Below, in pieces: positions 37,359-64,000 of a DNA stretch of 64,000 bases. Positions within the stretch are counted from its first letter, which is position 1. Each line of letters opens with the position of its first letter. Source of the stretch: Balanoglossus misakiensis (taxonomy: Eukaryota; Animalia; Hemichordata); contig CM082579.2 in the NCBI GenBank assembly GCA_040954595.2, positions 1,191,908 to 1,255,907 on the forward strand, given 5' to 3'. Position numbers and translations under genes: made by a program. Under the pieces are notes generated by a model. The model worked only from the letters and a program-made list of their open reading frames with translations. It did no database searches and was not told where the DNA came from.

Positions 37359-39658
37359 TTACAATCTTGACACCAGACGGGATAAACTGCGCCGTACAAG
37401 TTCAGTAGCTTCTAATGCACATCCCCAGTGGATAATGATTCCATAACTTCCGTGGCCATAGTTATGAACCACCTGCGAAAATACATGGTTACCGAGAGAA
37501 ATTATTTCCTGTATTTATTAGTTACGTCTTTGTGTGAGAACACACGCAAGCAAACTCTCCCCCTCCCTCTCTCTCGGGATGAGGTTCCACAGTGTGTCAA
37601 TCAACACACATATATCGAAATTATCTTTCTTATTTTTCCCTCCCTCCCGTCACCTACGGGATCGAAAAGTCACAACATTTCATGAATGTGGTACCTGCAG
37701 CGAGTTTTTCCCGTATGACAAAGTCTCAGCTTCAAGCCTAACACCTTGTTTCCTATACGGACGCAGACCAGCCCAACAGTACAATGGCTTCACATTCTGC
37801 AAGAGAGTTATTTACATAATGTGATGTCGGTGATATCAAAGTAAAAAAAAAAACACTTTTGCGTGCATTATCACAATACTCGATAACTAACAAGAACCAA
37901 ACGAAGAACACGGGAATTATATGTTAAAAGAATTATAACTTGCCTTTAAAGAAGGCAGCACTTCGGTAGCATTTTTCCAGATTCTGTCGACGTCTTCCTG
38001 GTTATTGGACGCATCCCAATTATTCTCCTGTGTGGTACCGCCAATGCTAATAGTATCGATGCTATCGAGATGAAAATATAGAAGTATCAAATGAAGGCTT
38101 TCCACTGAAATATTGTGCCGTGTATGTGCATGTTTGATAAACACCAACATACGTAGTGGGTTAGACCTTATTAGCAAACAATGTAAGTGATAGAAACGAC
38201 ATACCCAGGAAATATATACACGCCTGGTGGTTGAGTTCGACCTGGAAAAATCCGGACGATATTTTTGATCCATGGCGCCTTCACCTGAAACGATTAGTTC
38301 AAACATATTTAATTAACATGAGAAGTTATGGTCTAAAGTTGGACTAATATGGACAGATCGTTTTTCAAAATTATTATAAATCTCACAATTTTTCGGTAGT
38401 GGTTTACCTTGATGAGTTGACCTCTGATTGGCACCATAGACTCGTCTCCTAGCAACCACTTGGCTCCCAGGCCGACGCACGTGACAACGGTGTCAAATTT
38501 TCCAACAAGTTCTTCCAGGGAATTAACTTTACCCTGTTGTAAAGTTCCGCCCCGCCTGGAAAACCTGCGTGCGCGTGGAAAATATCACAATAAGTTCTGT
38601 GTCACTCTGTCTGATTGATATCTGATTGATGACGTCAACAAAATTCGACTTACCTTTCCATCAGCCATGGTAGATACATCTGGCAGTGTGCCAAGTAGGT
38701 AGTATAATGTGAACCGTATCTATCGTGGATAAGAAGACCAAAACTATATAAATGTAACGGAATAATGAAACCTCACATCTGTCGTTGGTTTTGTCCGACA
38801 GATTGGCTTTTGCTGGAAATTTACAATTTAGTCTACTATGTAATAAAATTGAGTACAATACAGTATACATGCACGTTGCAAAATTAAACATTTGAGGTAT
38901 TTCACTATGTCCATACAGCTAGAATTTAAAGTTGGAATGTGGACTTACTTGTACTGTGGGAAAGGCTTCGACTCACTTTCTGATAACAGTCGATATCCAT
39001 GAAACAAGTCAACGTCATAGTTGTCCTACAAAAGTATCTAGTCGTTAAACTGACTGTCCGGGCCAACGAAACGTGTTTTAGCAGTATATATATACATGTA
39101 CTTGATAATAATTATATAGATTTTCGACAGATATAATAAAATAAGTGACCACTAACACAGGTTTGTCTATACTATGTCATGGTATCACCAACACTGACCT
39201 CATGCGAGTGCTCCTTACTATTGAAAAGATGATATCCCGATAGAAGTTGAACCCCTGCGTTTCCTGCTTCGGGACTTCTGAATATGTTTTCAAGATGTTG
39301 GCGAGTTTTTACACACCACGTGCTGTGTTAACAAAGGGGCGGAACGGGTGAGGCTGACACAATGGTATTTAATCATTACATGCAGCTTTTAAGGTCTACT
39401 TGACGTAGGAATATATGCGCACATACTGAAATTAAACCATTTTTACCGTATTCTGTTCTCATCTGTGCCAAGTTCATGCTCGACCTTGGCGTTCGGTGGC
39501 AGCCAGATACCTGCAGCGCCATCACTGGTTGTGTTCGGAGAGAATTTCTCGGCTATCACCGTCACATCTACATCCGGGATCTTCTCAATAATATTCACTG
39601 CAGTGCCCAATCCAACGACTCCGGCGCCCAGGACGCACACTTTACGCTTCGCATTCAT
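37359..39658 (-). CDS. D-aspartate oxidase / D-amino-acid oxidase family flavoenzyme (~349 aa)
   Basis: Exons 39658-39447, 39322-39199, 39025-38949, 38719-38654, 38564-38408, 38284-38205, 38061-37944, 37796-37695 and 37472-37359. Motifs [39 protein letters not shown]; C-terminal PTS1 SRL. Confidence 0.95.
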
Positions 39659-40762
39659 TGTGTTTTACCTGATGAGACAACATGAAAAAGTACTAGTATA
39701 TATTATGGTAAAAACTGTGTTTTATGAAGTGGAAATTACATGAACAACGTGCGTGTAATCATGTCTTTTCATGTGGCATGTGTGTTTATAATAAATGTTC
39801 TCAATCGTGCTAGAAAAGAGACTTTTTGGGCCAGGTTCACCGTGCGTGTGACTGTAGCTCGGGTATAAAGAAATCCAAAGTCCAATCGAGAACCGTCTGT
39901 GGTGCAACGGACGATTTAACAGCATTATCGTGACAGCCCAAGGTTACAATAGCGTTTTCTATAAACAACAAAACGTACCTATTGAGATATACAGCTCTGT
40001 TTTGTGGTTAACTATGATGCTATTAGGTCTTCAACTTTTTCTCCTGAAAATGCCCTGCTGTGTTATTTTACGATGTCCCAGATCGCTGTGGCGAAAGGTC
40101 TGCAGGGTCAGCCCAATGTCACCTCCCCTGACCTCAGCTATAATATGTTTTATCGTTTTTTTATCGTTAATATGACTTCAACCAATTTCGTGTCAGAAAA
40201 CTGATAAGGTTATTGTGACATGGTGGGTAAAGTTAGAGTACCCCTTCAGTGTCAACACGGGGTGTTTGTAGCAGGTATTTATAATTACTACACAGACAAA
40301 CGACGCTGGTGATACCTGCGTGTTTTTTCTCGCAAAAACGATGTTGTCACATTTCCCAACGAAACTGCGCAATTGTAGAGTGAGACCCAGATCTGCAATT
40401 TGAACCCTGGGTTTCAGCTCTGAAAACACAATCACAAAGTACTTTTTTGTGAGTTTTAAGTATCCGATAGGTATCCATGGTGAAGAAAAACCCCTTTCCA
40501 TTATTTTCGGAACACGCATTCCTTCTGAGAACATCGGCGCGACGTCGCATCGCCCCGTTGACAACTGTCCGACAGACTTTTGATATAGCGCCCTCTTGAG
40601 ACAAAGTTAACAAATAGACAATACGTACAGTTATAAATTATTACAGCCCGAAAATCAATGTCGATACATAACAAAGTCTCAAAATCTCGTAGGAAATCCC
40701 GCATACAGATACCTGAAAATCTGAATTCATTCGGTAGATTTCATAAACCACACTTTACTCAC

Positions 40763-41260
40763 GTCGAAGGGTAGATAATGTCGTTGTATCCATTTGGAAA
40801 GTTATTCTTGCTTGCAAATCTCTTAGTCCCTAACGAATTCCCTTCAAATAATGTCTCATTTTGACGACACTTAGTTCGCACTTCGAAAAAGAAACTTTCT
40901 CCGTCACTTTATACCAATATACGGTTGGTGCTGATGACGTATACAAACCACAGGAACCACCCGGAATCGATACGTCACTAGAAATGTTTACGCGCAATGC
41001 ATTCTGGGCGATTGTTGGCAAGGGCTGAAATTTCGTGGCGTCTTGGTTGTGTACACGTACTCATGGAAACGACCAGTTTTACGCTCGCCCTATTGGATAT
41101 AAGCAACTTTGGAGTAACGACGGCAATCCTTAGTTTATTGGTTGTCTGATCTCAGCCGTACTTCTATAATTTTCTCTGAATATTACGCAGATTTCTTTCA
41201 ATATTTCAGCGATCAGTGGTTCAGCGAAACTTAACTGTTCACAACGACGTCGACGATGAG
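40763..41260. promoter_or_regulatory. Putative bidirectional promoter shared by the DAO/DDO gene and CDKL5
   Basis: The genes are head-to-head. Minus-strand GTGAGT donor at 40762 could end a DDO non-coding exon. CpG-rich, with CRE-like sites at ~40932 and ~40970 and inverted CCAAT boxes at 41092 and 41137. Confidence 0.5.
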
Positions 41261-41418
41261 CTTGCCCGGGTACGATTATTTTCGCTACGTGCACCCGTAG
41301 TATCTGGTGTTGTTGGGTAACATGATTTTAGTTCAAGTGTTCTTATGTCACTGCCTAGTGTATTCGTTCAACAAACAACTGGAAGTCATCGTCCGATTTT
41401 CCAGAGGAATGATAGGTG

Positions 41419-59824
<18,406 letters not shown>

Positions 59825-62800
59825 TTTGAGGGACATCATTCTGGAGTACACAGGATACTTTATGGGCTCATCAGCCACATATTATGTTCCACATAATTGT
59901 TTGTTTGTCTGCAGGTGATATCGTTTGAGCTCTCAGTCAGATATGATGAATTATGTCTGCAGCCACTGGACAGGAAACAACATGGAAATTAAGAATTAGC
60001 ATCATTACGTATTATTTCAAGTATTATTTCAGTCACATTTGCACCAGTGTCTGGTTGTGGTCCACCTGATCAGCATTTTTGTCCTGCAGCAGATAGTCTT
60101 ATCTTATCTGATGGGGGGAGTCCAAAAACTCAGCATGACCCGGAACTAGAATATGGAATTGGAGACAAAAGGAAGCACTTGAAACGACTGGGTAACTGAC
60201 ACAGAGCACGTAGAAGCTGTCATCAAGGGTGTAAATTACCAGACAGACACTTCAGAGAAAAAAATGACACCATCTGCTTGTTGCTATGTTATCATGAGGC
60301 AACTTATCCGGCAGCTTGTTCTGTTAGTTTGCTAGTTGTGGAGACAAGATTTCCCGCAGAATGACATGTGCTTTCTTGATTAACATGCCAAGGGATAACA
60401 ATGGATTTACACTAACTTACAGTTTTCTAATTCATAACAAAAATGACAAAACTGTGTGAGCTTCTCTGACGTCTGAGAATGCCTTTCGGGATCGTTTCAT
60501 GTCACGGTGCTTGTTTTCAGTACATTCTAAACAATGTTAGACTTCAGTCACACTTAATATAGCAATGTGATTTGCTGTCTTGTGCACAAAAGTTGTATGC
60601 CAGCACTGTTTATATTAGCTGAACACATCACTGCTATTTACTGATATATTTCCATGACAACTCAAATTTTATTGAAAACTGTAGCGTTATTTTAGAATAA
60701 ATAAATGAAACACTTCGCCTTGCAAACACATTTTTTTTATCAACATGTCTTATGTAAGGAAGTGTATTTTGATGTAGGAATTTAATATTTAAATTCTTTG
60801 CAATGTTGTTCTTTCAGGAAATTGATTGCCTTCATAACTTGTAAAGTAAGCAGTGATATTTTTTATGATTCAAGCTAAAAATATTACTTTATTAGGCATT
60901 AATTAAGCATTACTCATGTCCTGCTATTGTCTCTTCATCTGTTGATGTTCTGTGGGCTTTTTATCTCCTCTTATTCTCTAATTCACTCTCTTTCGGAAGT
61001 ACAGTTTAATATTGCACTGCACAGAAAATTGATACCTCTACATCTGATGTAGATCAACCTCTTTTATAAACTGATGTCACAGGACAGAATAATTTGCAAA
61101 TAAAAATTGGTAACATAGTATAGAGAGCAAAAGTTCACCCCCCCTCGTTATGATGACTAATTATTGTAATTTATTTAAAATATTGGGGTATTTTTTTTTT
61201 CAATTACGTTTTGTCAGTATGTTGACACCTATTTCTGCAAAAGTTGGTGTTTAATGTCATTTTAGCCATGTTTGATACAGAACACATTCAAGAGATTTAC
61301 ATTGTATGTCTTAAATATTTTCCCTTTCTGTGTGCTGTGTGATTAGCCCTGTATAATATCCCCCTGGTGACTCCATCATTGAATTGAAAAACGAAATAAA
61401 TGATGAAAGTGATTGTTTTTTGTAATTTGAGTTAAAACTTCCTTACCCTGGAATTGGAATACTTCAGTGAAGGATTCACAGGGTAGTGACATAAATATCT
61501 TTCCTTTAATTCTCTGCAAAACTAGTTTACTTTTACCTAAACCCAGAGAAGATGAAAAAATTGTGTTGGTCTCAAGCAGCATTTTGTATAACATACATTG
61601 GTTTTCATTTTTTCTTAACTATTTAACCAATGTACAGAACACTATTTATTAACAGAATTGGTGATGTTAACCTTTCTTCTAAAGTCATAAGATTTCTTGT
61701 TGATGATTATATCAATGAGTGAAATTTTAAACTTTTCCAGTCTTTTAATGTGATGCTCACTTTCTGTAAAATTCACTCACTTAAAGCCATGATTTCTTTG
61801 TCAGTTTTTATGCATACTATGCATGAACGACAGTTTCTAAAAGTCAAGCCAGAGGTCAGCTAGATTTATGATCAAGTTGGCAAAAGACACAAAGTTGATA
61901 TTGGTTACATGTAATTTTTACTGAAACTTCATCCCTGTTTAACATTGTTTATTCTTTAAATGTATCTCTGTCACTGTCAGCCTTCACATTAATTAATTAA
62001 GAAAGCAAATGGATTTTCAGCTGATCAGTCATTTTGACTTGGGAAATCCAGAAATAGCTTTGACATGACAATCACTTCTCTTTCTTACCAACAGTAACAT
62101 TGCTTAACTATTCTTCCAGTATTACCCCATCAGCATTATGTTTACATTTCCTTATGAATCACCGTATAGTGGTCTTTAGCTTTAAATATTTACACACTAA
62201 CAGTTAAAGTCAGATTTGCAGAACGACTGCAACTTTTCAGCCATCTCATACATTCCCCTTACACACCCAAAACTCCTTCACATACACATTTGAAAACTAT
62301 CACATGGAGATACCATATGTATATACCACAAAACCAAAGAGCTACTTGTATTTTTCTTACCTAACATATTTGAAGCCCAGTCCCCAAACATACCGTTCCC
62401 TAAACCATATCATCTCTCTGTATAGTTTTCTATTTAAACTTTTTGTAATTGTTATAATTCTATTTTCTTGCATGGGAATTATATTTAGAAGGCAAACTTA
62501 TGTCTTTTTTACTGTTTAAAAATAGACAAGTCTCTGACTTGTCATCCTGTCTTTTAGTTTTACTCCCATCTTGGTTGTGTATTAACTGTACAGCATTTGT
62601 ACTCCCAGTGTGTGAAAAAAATAAATTTATATAAACCATCAACATATTGGAACATCCAATAATTGTGTCAGTGTCATTGTATTATGTGGAAAAATGAAAC
62701 TGTGCCCTGGAAAATCTATTCTGCTTCAAAATGATTCTTTAAAATGTTAATGATTGTAAAAATGGCGTGAAAGTCAAACGGCTTAAATCTTTTGGTGTCT

Positions 62801-63698
62801 ATTCGTCGTGTATGGCGTACTTCAATAACTTGATATAAACCCAAATTGAGGTTTGGCGAGAGGGCGCTATATACCCGACCATCAACTCATTTGGAGCTGA
62901 TGACGTCACATGCGTACGTGCCCGATGCGCTCCCAACTGCTTCCCCCACCCTGGCACAAACATATGGTTCGGCCATCTTTCTCTGGAATCACCGATCTCT
63001 GCGCTGGGCTCGACCTTTGGCGGGGTTTCATTTCTACCTCGCACACGGCTCGGACGCACAATAGAAAATTCCTGATCAATAGAATAACTTTAGGGCCTAA
63101 ATTTAAATGTTTCGAGAAAACACGAAAGAAAACTGTTACTTACGTACGCAATTGGACTGCAAGCATGGAGAAATGGCACCCTTGATTTTCGTCAAGTCAC
63201 TTTCCATGACCGTTGGCTTATGTACATCATCTTAAAGGCTATACACATTTGGAAACTCCAGTCCATATCGTCATGACCTTGACTTTCACTTGGTTGTCGG
63301 AAATTGCTCCGGGAAATGAACAGGTCGTTGTCGCTCCTTCAGCCATGATGTTTGTACGTCAACGACTAAGTATCGAATGATGGAAGTGGCACCTCACTGA
63401 CCATCTGGACAAATGAACTGGCAGTCAATTATCCAATCAAAATGTGTCATGCACCAGGGGCATTTTGAGAAGCTTGTGATTGGCTGATGTGATTGAGAAG
63501 TTGTTTAGCATACCAAGATCACAGAATTTGCATACGTGACCATATAATTATTCATGTTTCCTTTCAGTGGGAAAGACATAACCACACAACCAGACAGAGT
63601 GGATTACTATGTTACATGAGTTTATTAATTAATTTGCATTCGCTGCGATCACAAAATAGAAGCGATAGTAGTACATGTAGGGATTGCCATCCAATAAG

Positions 63699-64000
63699 TT
63701 AAAAATCAAACAAAATCTGCGATTCAATTGTCATCATCTGCTCATCAACAGTCCCTGGATCTGCAAGGTAAACAATTCAGTTGAAGATCAAAAGATGTGA
63801 AATGGTTTCGAAAGAAACTGTCAACTTAAAAAGTCATCAGACATGAGGAACTGTTTGTGTAAATTCTTTTCTTGTGATCTATGATTTTTCCAAATACAAT
63901 GCCGATGACAAGAATTTACAGTTTAATTAATTAATTAATCAATGTAAGTACCTCTACGGTTCAACGGGGCATGGGTCTGTACACACTTCGGGGCCGAGTA
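63699..64000 (-). CDS. Possible last two exons of an unidentified gene entering from the right edge
   Basis: 64000-63952 (YSAPKCVQTHAPLNRR, phase-1 donor) joins in frame to 63760-63699 (DPGTVDEQMMTIESQILFDF*). No recognisable homology. Confidence 0.3.

Noticed and set aside
62799-63350. CpG-rich patch with a CRE (62901), TATA-like motifs and short ORFs (MAEG..., MESD...)
   Set aside because: Promoter-like, but no assignable gene or consistent exon chain.

Overview
AT-rich, intron-rich animal DNA with GT-AG introns, probably from an invertebrate bilaterian; the taxon cannot be fixed from sequence alone. Exons were assembled by hand from splice sites and reading phase. In order, the window holds: the first coding exon (PLAT domain) of a lipoxygenase-like gene; ATF3/JDP2-family bZIP gene A; an intronless class-A GPCR; orphan tyrosine-kinase exons; a secreted protein with an angiopoietin-like N-terminus, coiled coil and pentraxin-EGF-pentraxin; a receptor tyrosine kinase (RTK) with a cadherin-like/EGF/Ig/EGF/EGF ectodomain; convergent ATF3-like genes B and C; a small TNFR-like membrane protein; a divergent PRD-class homeobox lacking Asn51; and a D-amino-acid/D-aspartate oxidase head-to-head with CDKL5. 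The most notable features are the adjacent RTK and angiopoietin-scaffold pentraxin (a candidate receptor-ligand pair), a set of NF-kB/AP-1/CRE/octamer motifs including a kB-NN-AP-1 module shared by paralogous introns, the Asn51-less homeodomain and conserved short motifs in the CDKL5 tail. Family comparisons are from memory, not from database searches.
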